The translations under genes were made by a program, and so were the position numbers. Shown in pieces: positions 25,829 through 36,010 of a DNA stretch of 64,000 bases. This stretch comes from Rhodobiaceae bacterium (lineage in GTDB: Bacteria > Pseudomonadota > Alphaproteobacteria > Rhizobiales > G965224185): NCBI GenBank assembly GCA_965224185.1, contig OZ245042.1, positions 804,134 through 868,133 of the forward strand, given 5' to 3'. Below the pieces are notes generated by a model that searched no databases, was not told the DNA's origin, and saw only the letters and a program-made list of their open reading frames with translations. The first letter of the stretch is position 1; each line of letters starts with the position of its first letter.

Positions 25829-26659
25829 ATGAAACGGCGCTGGACCCCGGAACGGCGACGCAATGCCGCGGTGAAGACCGGATTTTCGATCTATTACGCG
25901 ATTTTCATCGTGTTTATCTACGGGCCGATGATCGCCATGTTCATCCTGTCGTTCCAGGGACGGCGGGGCGGCACGTCGTTTCCCATGCGCGGGGTCAGCC
26001 TTTATTGGTGGAACAAGCTGATCGAGCCGTCGACGGTGGGCGACATGCAGGGCGCCATCGGCCGCTCGATCGTGCTCGCGCTGATCGTCATGGTGATCAC
26101 GGCGATCTTTTCCACCATGCTCGCCATGGCCTTCCGGCAGAAATTCCGCGGCTCCAACGTGTTATTTTATACGATCATGTCCGGGCTGATGGTGCCGGGC
26201 ATCCTGCTCAGCCTGGGGCTTGCGACGCTGCTAAAACAGCTCAACATCACCCCGGCCTGGTATTCCTCGGCGTTGGGCGTCCATGTGGTGTGGACCCTGC
26301 CCTTCGGCTTTCTGGTGATGATGGCCGTCTTCAACCGCTTCGATTCCAGCCTTGAGGAGGCGGCCCGCGACATGGGCGCCACCGAATGGGTGGTGTTCAA
26401 GGAGGTGACCCTGCCCCTGATCACGCCGGGCATCGTCGCCGCCGGCCTGTTCGGTTTCACGCTCTCCTATGACGAATTCGCCCGCACCACCCTGCTTGCC
26501 GGCGAATACAACACGCTGCCGCTCGACATCAATGCCTCGATGACCCAGCGGGTGCGGCCGACGCTGTTCGCGCTCGGCACCGCGTCGACCATCTTTTCGC
26601 TGTTCATGATCGGGCTGTTCCTGGTGATCTACACGATATTATACCGGCGCTCGCGGTAG
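25829..26659 (+). CDS. ABC transporter permease (PotC-like)
   Basis: EAA loop LEEAARDMGATEWVVFKEVTLPLITPG. 276 aa. Confidence 0.8.
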   Translation: MKRRWTPERRRNAAVKTGFSIYYAIFIVFIYGPMIAMFILSFQGRRGGTSFPMRGVSLYWWNKLIEPSTVGDMQGAIGRSIVLALIVMVITAIFSTMLAMAFRQKFRGSNVLFYTIMSGLMVPGILLSLGLATLLKQLNITPAWYSSALGVHVVWTLPFGFLVMMAVFNRFDSSLEEAARDMGATEWVVFKEVTLPLITPGIVAAGLFGFTLSYDEFARTTLLAGEYNTLPLDINASMTQRVRPTLFALGTASTIFSLFMIGLFLVIYTILYRRSR

Positions 26660-26739
26660 CGGCGTGTCATTTGCCTAAAAGTAGCGATTGGACTCCTGAT
26701 GCGTATGGCGGATAGATGGATTTACAAGTCAGCCATTCA

Positions 26740-26765
26740 ATCATTCCCGCTTTCGCGGGAATGAC
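26740..26765. repeat. REP family 1 single copy
   Basis: atcattcccgctttcgcgggaatgac. Confidence 0.7.
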
Positions 26766-26899
26766 TGGTTCATGGTTCGAATTGAACCGCATTGAACGTA
26801 ATGTGCATTGGCCTTGCGAGAGACACCGAACACCCCTGCCAATCGGCGAAAAAGCCTGTAGGATTTCGCCGACCGAATATCGATGACTACGAGATCCCG

Positions 26900-28153
26900 A
26901 TGTTGCCGACCAGTCCCGCCCTCGACGCCGCCCGAGCCGAAGCGCTGGCGATGCCGATTGATCAAATCGACGTCTCCGATTCCATGCTTTTTCAAAAGAA
27001 CGTCCATTGGCCCTATTTCGACCGCCTGCGCGTCGAGGATCCGGTTCATTATTGCGCTAATAGCGCGTTCGGCCCTTACTGGTCGGTCACCAAATGGAAT
27101 GACATCATGACGGTGGAGACCAATCCCAAGGTTTTCTCCTCCTTTCCCAATATCCTGATCGGCGACGCCGACGACAATATGCGGCTGCCCAGTTTCATCG
27201 CCGCCGACGAGCCCTGGCATTCGCGCTGGCGCAAGCCGGTCCAGCCGGCGGTCGGCCCGGATCGTCTCGACGAACTGAGTTCGCTCATTCGCTTACGGGT
27301 CGGGCGGATCCTCGACGATTTGCCGCGCGGCGAGACCTTCAACTGGGTGGAGCGTGTGTCGATCGAATTGACGACGCAGATGCTGGCCACCCTGTTCGAC
27401 TTTCCTTTCGAGGACCGCCATCTGCTCACCTATTGGTCGGACATGACGACGGCGGCACCGGGGGCCGGTGCGGCGGTAATGCCGGAGGACGAGCGCCGCG
27501 CGATCCTATTTGAATGCCTGGAATACTTCACCACGCTATGGCACGAGCGCAAGGCCGCCAAGCCCGCCTTCGATTTCCTGTCCCTGATGGCGCATCACGA
27601 GGACACCCAGGAATTGATGGAAAAGCCCTACAAGCTCCTGGGCAATCTCCTGCTCCTGATCGTCGGCGGCAACGACACGACCCGCAATTCCATCTCCGGC
27701 GGCCTGGTGGCGCTGAATGACAATCCCGACCAATATCAAAAGCTGCGTGATGATCCGTCGATCATCCCGACCATGGTGTCGGAGATCATCCGCTGGCAGA
27801 CGCCACTCGCCCATATGCGCCGCACCTGTACGACAGACTTCGAACTTGGCGGCAAGACCATCCGCGCCGGCGACAAGGTGGTGATGTGGTACATTTCCGC
27901 AAACCGCGACAGCGACAAGTTCGACGCCCCCTACGCCTTCAATATCACCCGCGACAACGCCCGCAACCACATATCCTTCGGCTTCGGCATCCATCGCTGC
28001 ATGGGCAACCGTGTGGGGGAAATGCAATTGCGCATTTTATGGGAAGAGATCCTGAAACGCTCCGACCGGATCGAAGTGGTCGGCGAGCCGGTACGCACCC
28101 GATCGAATTTCGTGATGGGGTTTACCGATGTGCCGGTGCGGATTGCGGAGTGA
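26900..28153 (+). CDS. Cytochrome P450
   Basis: Heme-binding loop FGFGIHRCMGNRVGEMQL, an EIIRW (ExxR) motif, and a GGNDTT I-helix. Confidence 0.85.
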   Translation: MLPTSPALDAARAEALAMPIDQIDVSDSMLFQKNVHWPYFDRLRVEDPVHYCANSAFGPYWSVTKWNDIMTVETNPKVFSSFPNILIGDADDNMRLPSFIAADEPWHSRWRKPVQPAVGPDRLDELSSLIRLRVGRILDDLPRGETFNWVERVSIELTTQMLATLFDFPFEDRHLLTYWSDMTTAAPGAGAAVMPEDERRAILFECLEYFTTLWHERKAAKPAFDFLSLMAHHEDTQELMEKPYKLLGNLLLLIVGGNDTTRNSISGGLVALNDNPDQYQKLRDDPSIIPTMVSEIIRWQTPLAHMRRTCTTDFELGGKTIRAGDKVVMWYISANRDSDKFDAPYAFNITRDNARNHISFGFGIHRCMGNRVGEMQLRILWEEILKRSDRIEVVGEPVRTRSNFVMGFTDVPVRIAE

Positions 28154-28191
28154 TTTGGGGGGATGGTGGCGAATTGCCCTGCCTGGCGCCG

Positions 28192-28935
28192 TCACTTATA
28201 GGCGGCGACGACGATCCGCTTTCCCGTCGCCAGTTGCTCATACGCGCCGTCCGGCGTTGGGAGGACCTTGACCTCGTGGAATCCAAGCCTTTTGAGCAGC
28301 CAGACCAGGCCGTTTCGGCTGGGGACCAGCGCCAGGCCGGTGACGCCGGTTTCCCTGTCGGAGCCGCCTGATTCGTCGATCAGGCCGAACACGCCCTCAA
28401 TGGGCTTGACGCTTGAATGGCTGCCCCAGTCGATGCCCGCCGTGACGTCGAAATTCATCACCTGGGTTTCGACGAACAATGCCCGTCGCGTCAGCCGGGC
28501 GGCCTTGCGCAATGCACCGATCGGATCTTCCAGGTGGTAGATCAAGCCCAGCATCAAGACGATATCGCGGGCGTCGAGTTCATCGGTGATGGTGTCGTTG
28601 ATGTCCATCTGCTGGAAGCTCAGATGCTCAAGGTTGGCGGCCTCCTGGATTATCCTGGCCTGGCTTAGGTTCTCATTGCGGGCGTCGACGCCGAGCACAT
28701 CGCCCATGCCGCGCCGCGCCAGTTCATAAGCGTACCAGCCCTGATGGCAGGCGATATCGAGACAGGACAAGGTTGCCCAATCAGCGCCTAAGGTCCGCTC
28801 GATGTCCGAAACGACCATGTTCAGGCGGTCATCATGCAGTTTCTGAGGACCATAGGGCACCGTTTCGCGGCCATCCGGCAACACGAATCGGTAAAACCAC
28901 TGAGATCCGGAAAGGTCTGTATTTGCAGTGCCCAT
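28192..28935 (-). CDS. Class I SAM-dependent methyltransferase
   Basis: Motif I-like LDIACHQGWYAYELARRGMGDVLGVD and a post-I acidic residue. 247 aa. Confidence 0.65.
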   Translation of the reverse strand: MGTANTDLSGSQWFYRFVLPDGRETVPYGPQKLHDDRLNMVVSDIERTLGADWATLSCLDIACHQGWYAYELARRGMGDVLGVDARNENLSQARIIQEAANLEHLSFQQMDINDTITDELDARDIVLMLGLIYHLEDPIGALRKAARLTRRALFVETQVMNFDVTAGIDWGSHSSVKPIEGVFGLIDESGGSDRETGVTGLALVPSRNGLVWLLKRLGFHEVKVLPTPDGAYEQLATGKRIVVAAYK

Positions 28936-28991
28936 TGCGTATTACTCGGCCTGGTGATCCAATTGAATGCGGGTCTTGGTGCTGGCCCCCC

Positions 28992-30080
28992 TCAAGGCCG
29001 ATCCAGCAAGATCGCCGCTTCCGCCGTCCAGCTGATCATTTCCCGCTCGCCTGCCCCATAGACCCGGTCCGATAATTTCCGGTGCTGCTCGACCTTGACG
29101 TAGTGGCCGTCGGCCACCTCAAACACATCCGTTTCCAGCGTGCCCAGGAATTCGGTCGTGATGTAGGCGCCCTCGATCTGGTTGGCCATGTCCGGGTGGC
29201 GGCCGGTATGCATTAAATCGGCGCGGACGGAGAAGTAGACGTCTTCATGCAAGCGCACCCGGGCGATATCCGCCGGTTTGCGGACATAGAACAGGCCTTC
29301 TTCGGATTCCACGAAGACGATGGAGCCGGATTGGGACTTGATGCGGCCCTTGAAGAGGTTGTTGTTGCCGATGAATTCGGCGACGAATTTGGTGCGCGGA
29401 TTTTCGTGGATCTCGCGGCTCGGGCCGATCTGCTGGACCAGGGCGTCGCTCATGACCACCACCATATCGGCCATGGACATGGCCTCCTGCTGGGAATGGG
29501 TGACCATGATGAAGGTGATGCCGAGGTCGCGCTGGATCTTTTTCAGCTCCACCATCATGGTCTGGCGCAGGTTGAAGTCCAGCGCGCCGAGCGGCTCGTC
29601 CAAGAGCAGCAGCGTCGGCTTGGAGATCAGGGCGCGGGCGAGCGCCACACGCTGCTGCTGGCCGCCCGACAGATCGTGGGGCCGGCGGTCGGCAAGTTCG
29701 GTCAATCCCACCATCTCGATCATCTCGGCCACCTGGCGGTCGCGAATCGCCTTGTCGATGCCCTTCATTTTCAGGCTGAATTCCACATTCTGGGTGACCG
29801 TGCGGTGGGGGAAGAGGGCGAAGCTCTGGAACATCATCGCCGTGTCGCGCTGGGACGGCGGCAGGTCGGTGACGTCGTTGCCCTTGATGTAGATCTTGCC
29901 CTCGGTGACCTCCTCCAGGCCGCCGATCATGCGCAAGGTGGTGGTCTTGCCACAACCGGACGGCCCGAGCATGGCGACGAAATCGCCGTGCTTGATCTCG
30001 GCATTGAAATCAATCACCGCCCGGACGCCGCCGGGAAAGGTCTTGTTGACGTTTTCCAGGACCACATCATAGTCGTCCAT
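28992..30080 (-). CDS. ABC transporter ATP-binding protein (PotA-like importer ATPase)
   Basis: Walker A GPSGCGKTT, signature LSGGQQQRVALARAL, Walker B LLLLDEP, and a C-terminal TOBE-like extension. Confidence 0.85.
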   Translation of the reverse strand: MDDYDVVLENVNKTFPGGVRAVIDFNAEIKHGDFVAMLGPSGCGKTTTLRMIGGLEEVTEGKIYIKGNDVTDLPPSQRDTAMMFQSFALFPHRTVTQNVEFSLKMKGIDKAIRDRQVAEMIEMVGLTELADRRPHDLSGGQQQRVALARALISKPTLLLLDEPLGALDFNLRQTMMVELKKIQRDLGITFIMVTHSQQEAMSMADMVVVMSDALVQQIGPSREIHENPRTKFVAEFIGNNNLFKGRIKSQSGSIVFVESEEGLFYVRKPADIARVRLHEDVYFSVRADLMHTGRHPDMANQIEGAYITTEFLGTLETDVFEVADGHYVKVEQHRKLSDRVYGAGEREMISWTAEAAILLDRP

Positions 30081-30179
30081 GGGCGGGGTCCATGGTAGGG
30101 TCGAGGCTCGAATTCAGCCGATGGAATGTGGCGCATCCCCCCCTCCCTAACCCTCCCCCTCCAGGGGGGAGGGAATTGT

Positions 30180-30335
30180 GGGGCGATGGCCCTCCCTCAC
30201 CCGCCAGGTGGGAATAATGGGGCGATGGCCCTCCCTCACCCGCCAGGTGGGAATAACGGGGTGATGGCCCTCCCTCACCCGCCAGGTGGGAATAACGGGG
30301 TGATGGCGCTCCCCCACCCGCCAGGTGGGAATCTT
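30180..30335. repeat. Tandem repeat, 4 x 39 bp (ggggcgatggccctccctcacccgccaggtgggaataay)
   Basis: Four head-to-tail copies, the last degenerate. Flanked by the G/C palindromes ccctccccctccaggggggaggg (30150-30173) and cctcccccctggagggggagg (30361-30384). Confidence 0.8.
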
Positions 30336-30510
30336 GCAGCCAGCGGCGACAATTCTTTTCGCCTCCCCCCTGGAGGGGGAGGCCGGCGCGTAGCGACGGG
30401 AGGGGGGGATCGGCGGTTGCGCCCGTCTCCGTGTATTGGTCGCGAACTAAGGTCAGCGTCAAATGGGCGGTCGCCACGCGCGCTTCGGACAAGATCGCCT
30501 CAACCCCTCC

Positions 30511-30595
30511 GTCATTCCCGCGAAAGCGGGAATCCGGGGTTCCAGGCGACGACCTATCGTTCGCGGCCCTGGATTCCCGCTTTCGCGGGAATGAC
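30511..30595. repeat. REP family 1 doublet
   Basis: gtcattcccgcgaaagcgggaatccggggtt...gccctggattcccgctttcgcgggaatgac. Confidence 0.8.
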
Positions 30596-30635
30596 TGGCG
30601 CGTGATGGTGCGGTCCTTGTCGACCACGACGCGTC

Positions 30636-33365
30636 CTAATCCGCCGCCTTGGCCGTCGCCTGCAAGAGCGACCAGACCTTGTCGAACTCGACCGCGTCGA
30701 ACACGCCGCCTTCATTGGCGTCGCGCAGTAAGGCGAGCGCTGATTCCTGGGTCTCGTTGCCCTTGGCGGCATCCTCCAGAAGGCCAACCGCCTCGCCGAA
30801 GGGGATTTCGCGGGCCTTTTTGGAGCCCATCTGCTGGCGTACCAGGGCGGCCAGCGTATCGGCCATCTGCTTGAATTCGCCGGAGCGATAGGGCCGGCCG
30901 AAAATGCCGCGAATGCCGTTCTTGGCGAAGCGTTCGCGCAGGCCCGCCGGCAGCGATTGGGCGACACCTTCCAGGATCTCGCCCATGGCGAAGCCGGAGG
31001 TGAACATGCCGCGAATGGTGTCGACCGTGCCGTCGCCGCCGCCATACATGCGGATCTGGGCCTCCGACAGGGCGTGGCCCATGGCCTTGGCCTGGTCGAT
31101 ATGGACGTCGCGCTCGGCCTCGATCTGCATCTTGGCGAGTTCCAGGAAGGTGGCCGCTTCGTTGTATTTCTTCAGCGCCTCGGCCTTCGCCTCGATGCCC
31201 GATGCTTCGGCCTCCAGCATGCGCTGGGTGTTTTTCACGCGCAAAGATTCAATTTCCATTTCGGCGCGGCCGCGGGCGCCGGCCTCGCGTTCGATGCCCT
31301 CGGCGGAGATCTTCTGGGCCTCCGAATTGGCGCGGGCGCGGGTGAGCACGGCTTCCGATTCGTTCTCCGCCGATTCCTTGCGCGCTTCCGATTGCACGAC
31401 CAGGTGCAGACGGGCGATATCGGCCTGCGCCTGTTCGTTGATGCGGGCGGCGTCGGCGGCCTCTTCCGCGCCGATGCGGGCGACTTCCTTCTGCTGCTCG
31501 GCCTCCGAGATCGGCACCACGGAAACCACGTCCTGTTCCGCCTTGGCCATTTGCCGGCTGGCCTTCAGGCGATCGGCTTCGGCCTCCTCCAGTTCCTTGG
31601 TCTTTTGCGCATAGGCGATTTCGCGGTCGCGTTCCTCCGCCTCGCGGGAGCGGAAGCGGATAATATCGGCCTTTTCGCGCTCCTGCTCTTTGGCAATGAT
31701 GGCGATTTCGCGGTCGCGCTCTTCCAGTTCGACGACCGTATCGCGCTTGATCTCGGCCTGGCGCACCGCCTCGTCTTTTTCGGCCAGCGCGATCCGGCGG
31801 TCGCGTTCCTCCTGCTCGCGGGCGAGTTGGCGTTTGATCTCGGCGGCCTCGCGCAGACGCATGGTGTTGGCGACTTCGGCATCCTTCTGGATGCGGCTTT
31901 TTTCCAGTTCCAGTTCCTTTTGAATTTCCTCGTTCTGGATTTCCAGGCGCCGCTCCAGGATGATCTTCTGGCGCTCGCTTAAGACAATGGCTTTTTCGTC
32001 GGACACTTCCTTGTCGTGGCGGACCACGGCGAAGGCCTCGTCCTTTTCGATATTCAGCATGGCGAGTTTGGTTTCCAACGCCCGTTTGCGCACGGCGACG
32101 GCTGCTTTTTCGGCGGCCTCATGGCGCAGGTCTCGGGCCTCCTCCTCGGCCGCGGCGACTTCGGTTTCGCGGGCGATCTCGGCGCGGCGGCGATCGCGTT
32201 CGGCGGCGGCAAGTTCAGCCTCGCGCTGCTTATCGGCCTGTTCCACCGCGAGGCGCTTATTCGTTTCGGCGAGCGCTTCCTGCTTGGATTTCTCGATGAG
32301 CTCGATTTCCTTGTCTTTTTCGGCCTTTTCGAGCGCCAGCCGGCGTTGCACTTCGGCCAGTTCCTCTTCGCGGGCCTTGCCGATCAGTGCGATCTCCTTG
32401 TCGCGGCGCTCCTGTTCAAGTGCCAGTTCCCGCTGGATGTCGGTGGATTCGCGCTTTTTTGCTTCCTCGGTGATGGCCACCTCGCGCTCGGTGCGCATGC
32501 GCTCCAATTCGACCTCGTTGGCAAGTTCCTTTTCTTCCACATCCTTGCGCTGGTCGAGCATGTATTTCTGTTTCTCGCCCAATTGGCGGGCCTGTTCGTT
32601 GGAGATCTCCTTGTCCTGAGTCACCCGGGCGACCGCCTCGGTGCGCTCGATGTCCAACATTTCCAGTTCGGTATCCAGATCCTTCTGGCGGATGGCGACG
32701 GCGGTGCGTTTTTCGGTATCGTGCACCTTCTTGCGGGCATCCGACGTGATCTCGGTGATGATCTTCAGGCCCTCGGCGTCGAACACGTTGTCGGTGCGGA
32801 AGAATTCCTTGGCGGTCTGTTCCAGGGTGACGATGGTCGCCTCTTCCAGTTCCAGGCCGTTGGCCTTGAAACTGTCCTTGACGGTCTCCTTGATCTGCCC
32901 GGCGAAGGCGTCGCGGTTTTCGTGCAGTTCCTTCAGCGTCTTGGTGGCGGCATAGGAGCGGATGGCGCTGACCACCTTGGCTTCCAGGAGGTTGCGGACC
33001 TTTTCCGCGTCGAACGTCTTTTCGCCGAGACTGCGGCTTGCCGTTAACAGATCGTCCTCGGTGCGACCCACATGGGTGTAGAGTTCGGTGACCACATCGA
33101 CGCGGATATTGTCGGCGGTCAGCACCGCCTGGTCGCGGGTGCGGCCGACGATCAGCTTGATCGATTCCAAAGAAATCCAGGAGACCTCGTGGAAGACCGG
33201 CAACACGATCGCGCCGCGTCCGAGACAGACCTTGGTGCCCCGCCAGCCGGTGCGGATGAAGCCCATATTGGCCGGCGCCCTTTTGTAAATCCATATGGAA
33301 ATGATGTAGAGGATCGCGATGATGACGATCGCGGTGATGATCAATCCGATCCAAACTTCAAGCAT
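30636..33365 (-). CDS. Giant flotillin-like SPFH protein (about 910 aa) with expanded coiled-coil repeats
   Basis: MLEVWIGLIITAIVIIAILYI TM, then an SPFH core (ANMGFIRTGWRGTKVCLGRGAIVLPVFHEVSWISLESIKL) paralogous to the 7956 gene. This is followed by about 550 aa of E/R/K/A heptad repeats and a unique C-terminal domain. The start is uncertain: the ORF runs to 33428 (GTG), but the ATG at 33365 sits just before the TM as in the paralog. Confidence 0.75.
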   Translation of the reverse strand: MLEVWIGLIITAIVIIAILYIISIWIYKRAPANMGFIRTGWRGTKVCLGRGAIVLPVFHEVSWISLESIKLIVGRTRDQAVLTADNIRVDVVTELYTHVGRTEDDLLTASRSLGEKTFDAEKVRNLLEAKVVSAIRSYAATKTLKELHENRDAFAGQIKETVKDSFKANGLELEEATIVTLEQTAKEFFRTDNVFDAEGLKIITEITSDARKKVHDTEKRTAVAIRQKDLDTELEMLDIERTEAVARVTQDKEISNEQARQLGEKQKYMLDQRKDVEEKELANEVELERMRTEREVAITEEAKKRESTDIQRELALEQERRDKEIALIGKAREEELAEVQRRLALEKAEKDKEIELIEKSKQEALAETNKRLAVEQADKQREAELAAAERDRRRAEIARETEVAAAEEEARDLRHEAAEKAAVAVRKRALETKLAMLNIEKDEAFAVVRHDKEVSDEKAIVLSERQKIILERRLEIQNEEIQKELELEKSRIQKDAEVANTMRLREAAEIKRQLAREQEERDRRIALAEKDEAVRQAEIKRDTVVELEERDREIAIIAKEQEREKADIIRFRSREAEERDREIAYAQKTKELEEAEADRLKASRQMAKAEQDVVSVVPISEAEQQKEVARIGAEEAADAARINEQAQADIARLHLVVQSEARKESAENESEAVLTRARANSEAQKISAEGIEREAGARGRAEMEIESLRVKNTQRMLEAEASGIEAKAEALKKYNEAATFLELAKMQIEAERDVHIDQAKAMGHALSEAQIRMYGGGDGTVDTIRGMFTSGFAMGEILEGVAQSLPAGLRERFAKNGIRGIFGRPYRSGEFKQMADTLAALVRQQMGSKKAREIPFGEAVGLLEDAAKGNETQESALALLRDANEGGVFDAVEFDKVWSLLQATAKAAD

Positions 33366-33460
33366 GATTTTTGTTCCATCCTCTAACGCATCTGCCATTG
33401 AGCAGTATCTAAAATCTTCCCGGTGCACCGGCGCAAGGCCGGGTCAAAAGCATTGTCCGA

Positions 33461-35785
33461 TCACACCGTATCATTTGACGGAACCGCGCGGCGCCGGCCG
33501 CGCTGATCGCCGAAATCGAACAGGTCGGGCGGTTTTCTCGTCGAAAGCAGCGATTGCCGCAGGTCCTGGGTTGCCCGTTGGTCCAAGGCGATTTCCGCCC
33601 CCATCAGCACGACGCCATAATCCTCGCGGGCCTTATCAATCGTCAACAGGCGCCGGGCGACATCGTTGCGCACGCGCATCGGCTCCCGTTCCAGGGGATC
33701 GCCCCAGCCGCCGCCGCCTGCGGTGCGAAAGATGATGCGGTCGCCGGGTTGCACCTTGATGCCGTCGATCTTGGAGGGCAGCGGCTCCGGTTGGCCATTG
33801 CCGCGGCGGATCCATTTATCGGAACAGGCGCCGGGCTTGCCGCCGAGAATGCCCCAGGGTTGGGTGACGCCGCGATCGTCGTGGATCGACACGGTACCAT
33901 CGGCGAGCAACCGATAGACCTTCTCCACCCCGTTGCCGCCGCGATGCAGTCCGGCGCCGCCGGAATCGGCAATACTGGCATAGCTTTCCACGATCATCGG
34001 GTAAAAGCTCTCCAGGTATTCGGTGGGAATATTCTCAAAGAGCGGCCACCAGGAATGGCCGTCCATGCCATCGCCGACCGGGCGGCCGGGAATGCCGCCA
34101 TAAAGGATCTCCATAAGCTGATAGGGCCGGCCCTCCGGATCGACGCCGGAATACAGGAAATAGGGGCTCGACCCATAACCGGCGGCGGTCGCCATTTCGG
34201 GCGCATTGTGGCTGAGCGCGCCGCCGAGCACGTCGAATTGCCGTGACAATGCATGAGTGCGGCAGCCGAGGGCGGCCGGAAATTCCGGATGCACCAGCGA
34301 CCCTTTGGGCATGGTGACGTGGATCAAATCATAGAAGCCGTCGTTGAACAGGATCTGCGGATCGAAGACCATGATCATGTAGACGCCGATGAACATCTTG
34401 AACATGCCTTCATGGAGATAGAAATTGATCGGCCCGGGCGCCTGATCGGATGTGCCGGTCCAGTCGAAATAGGCGTGATCCCCTTCCCGCCAGACCGTCA
34501 GTTTCATCTTGAACGGGCCGTTGCCGAGACCATCATCATCGAGATAATCCTCAAAATATTGCGGCTCCTCCGGCAGGTTCTGGACGATCAGTTGGCGCAT
34601 GGCGCGATTGGTGCGCTCCAGCAAGGCTTCGCAGGCCCGGTGATAGGTGGGCGCGCCGAAGCGGTCGCAGATTTCGATGACCCGCTTTTCGCCGGCACGG
34701 CAGCCGGCAATGATCGCCATCATGTCGGAATAGTTCATTTCCGGGGTGCGGGTATTGTTCATCAACAGGTCGAGAGCGGCCTGGTTGAGGGTCCCGCGGG
34801 CAAAGATCTTGATCGGCGGAATGCGGATGCCCTCGCCGAAAATGGAGGTCGCCGCCGTCGGCATGGATCCGGGAACCGGCCCGCCCACATCCATCATATG
34901 GCCGAACATGGAGGTGAAGCCGATCAGTTCGTCGCCGTAGAAGATCGGCACCATCACCATCCAGTCATTGATGTGAGAAATGGCGCCGCCGCATTTATAG
35001 GGATCCGATTGCAGGATCACATCGCCGGGCTCGACATCGAAATCGGCATCTTTCAGCATCTCCGCGATGTACGAGCCGAATTGGCCGACGATCATGCGCC
35101 CCTTTGCATCGGTGATCATCGGGAATTCGTCATGCTGTTCACGGATCACCGGCGACATGGCGGACCGGAACAGCACCGCGTCCATCTCGTGACGGGCATT
35201 GCGCAAGGCGTTTTCGATAAGGTCGAGGGTGATCGGGTCGAGCTTGCCGGAGGCGGACGGCGCGCGCTGGGCCGCCGGTGCCGGCGCGGGGGCACGCTCG
35301 GGACTTTGGACTTTCGCTTCGGCCGGGGCCGGCCTCTCGACGGCGGGCGCCGTTTTTGCTACCGCCGGCGCCTCGCCGGTCGTCGCGGACCCGTTCAATT
35401 GTTCCGCGCATTTTAAGAGCGCCCGATCGGTGGCGATCTGCAGGGCCTCGCCTTCGTCGCCATTGATGCGGGCGGTCCCGAATTGCATGGTCGAAGCTGA
35501 TCCGACCGTCAATTTGCACAGCACCCGGGCCCGGCCGCGCTCAATCCCGTGTTCGACGATTTCGCTCGACCAATCGGCGCCGAACCGGGCGCCGAGAATG
35601 TCGGCGGCCGACACGGGCGGCGCAGCAACAGTGGCCGGCCGGCGCTCGGTGGCGGGGCTCGGCTGTGGCGTCTCAAAGCCACGCGATCGGCCAAGCTGGG
35701 TTTCAAACAGGGAATCGAACTGAGCCTTGTTGGCGGCCAGCAGGTCGTCCAGGGATACCGGTTTTGAGGTCGTTCCTTCGGTCAT
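33461..35785 (-). CDS. hyuB: Hydantoinase B/oxoprolinase (HyuB-type) with an unusual about 180-aa N-terminal extension
   Basis: The HyuB core starts at DPITLDLIENALRNARHEMDAVLFRSAMSPVIREQHDEFP (residue about 182). The N-terminal part is homologous to ORF 43513-44082. Confidence 0.75.
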   Translation of the reverse strand: MTEGTTSKPVSLDDLLAANKAQFDSLFETQLGRSRGFETPQPSPATERRPATVAAPPVSAADILGARFGADWSSEIVEHGIERGRARVLCKLTVGSASTMQFGTARINGDEGEALQIATDRALLKCAEQLNGSATTGEAPAVAKTAPAVERPAPAEAKVQSPERAPAPAPAAQRAPSASGKLDPITLDLIENALRNARHEMDAVLFRSAMSPVIREQHDEFPMITDAKGRMIVGQFGSYIAEMLKDADFDVEPGDVILQSDPYKCGGAISHINDWMVMVPIFYGDELIGFTSMFGHMMDVGGPVPGSMPTAATSIFGEGIRIPPIKIFARGTLNQAALDLLMNNTRTPEMNYSDMMAIIAGCRAGEKRVIEICDRFGAPTYHRACEALLERTNRAMRQLIVQNLPEEPQYFEDYLDDDGLGNGPFKMKLTVWREGDHAYFDWTGTSDQAPGPINFYLHEGMFKMFIGVYMIMVFDPQILFNDGFYDLIHVTMPKGSLVHPEFPAALGCRTHALSRQFDVLGGALSHNAPEMATAAGYGSSPYFLYSGVDPEGRPYQLMEILYGGIPGRPVGDGMDGHSWWPLFENIPTEYLESFYPMIVESYASIADSGGAGLHRGGNGVEKVYRLLADGTVSIHDDRGVTQPWGILGGKPGACSDKWIRRGNGQPEPLPSKIDGIKVQPGDRIIFRTAGGGGWGDPLEREPMRVRNDVARRLLTIDKAREDYGVVLMGAEIALDQRATQDLRQSLLSTRKPPDLFDFGDQRGRRRAVPSNDTV

Positions 35786-35837
35786 GGTTCGATCCGCTGC
35801 TTACGTCCAGTTTGGCCAGTAGAAACCAACACATGCT

Positions 35838-35976
35838 CCGTCATCCCGTGCGCGCTGCAGCATGCAATGCTGCTGTGCAGACACGGGATCTCGACCTCGG
35901 TTAACCCGTGTGTAACCGTGAGATCCCGTGTCTGCAGCGCATCACTTCGTGCTGCGCGGCGCACGGGATGACGCGG
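35838..35976. repeat. REP family 2 element (nested palindromes gcgtcatcccgtgcgc ... gcgcacgggatgacgc)
   Basis: Outer inverted repeat plus inner tgcagacacgggatctc/gagatcccgtgtctgca. Related copies at 41217 and 56041. Confidence 0.75.
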
Positions 35977-36010
35977 CAAGGGAGTCAAGAGAGATTCGAC
36001 AATCACGACA

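Noticed and set aside
30180-30335. CRISPR array?
   Set aside because: Repeats are directly adjacent with no unique spacers, and there is no cas gene nearby. It is a tandem repeat.
30067-30627. 186-aa and 159-aa ORFs spanning the 39-bp tandem repeat (SHLAGEGGPSPRY repeats)
   Set aside because: The 39-bp (3n) period keeps any frame open. There is no RBS, and the region is bracketed by palindromes and a REP, so it is most likely non-coding.
30957-33047. Long plus-strand ORFs (341, 343 and 236 aa) antisense to the giant flotillin gene
   Set aside because: Repetitive G/L/A/D translation mirroring the coiled-coil repeats on the other strand. No start context or homology.
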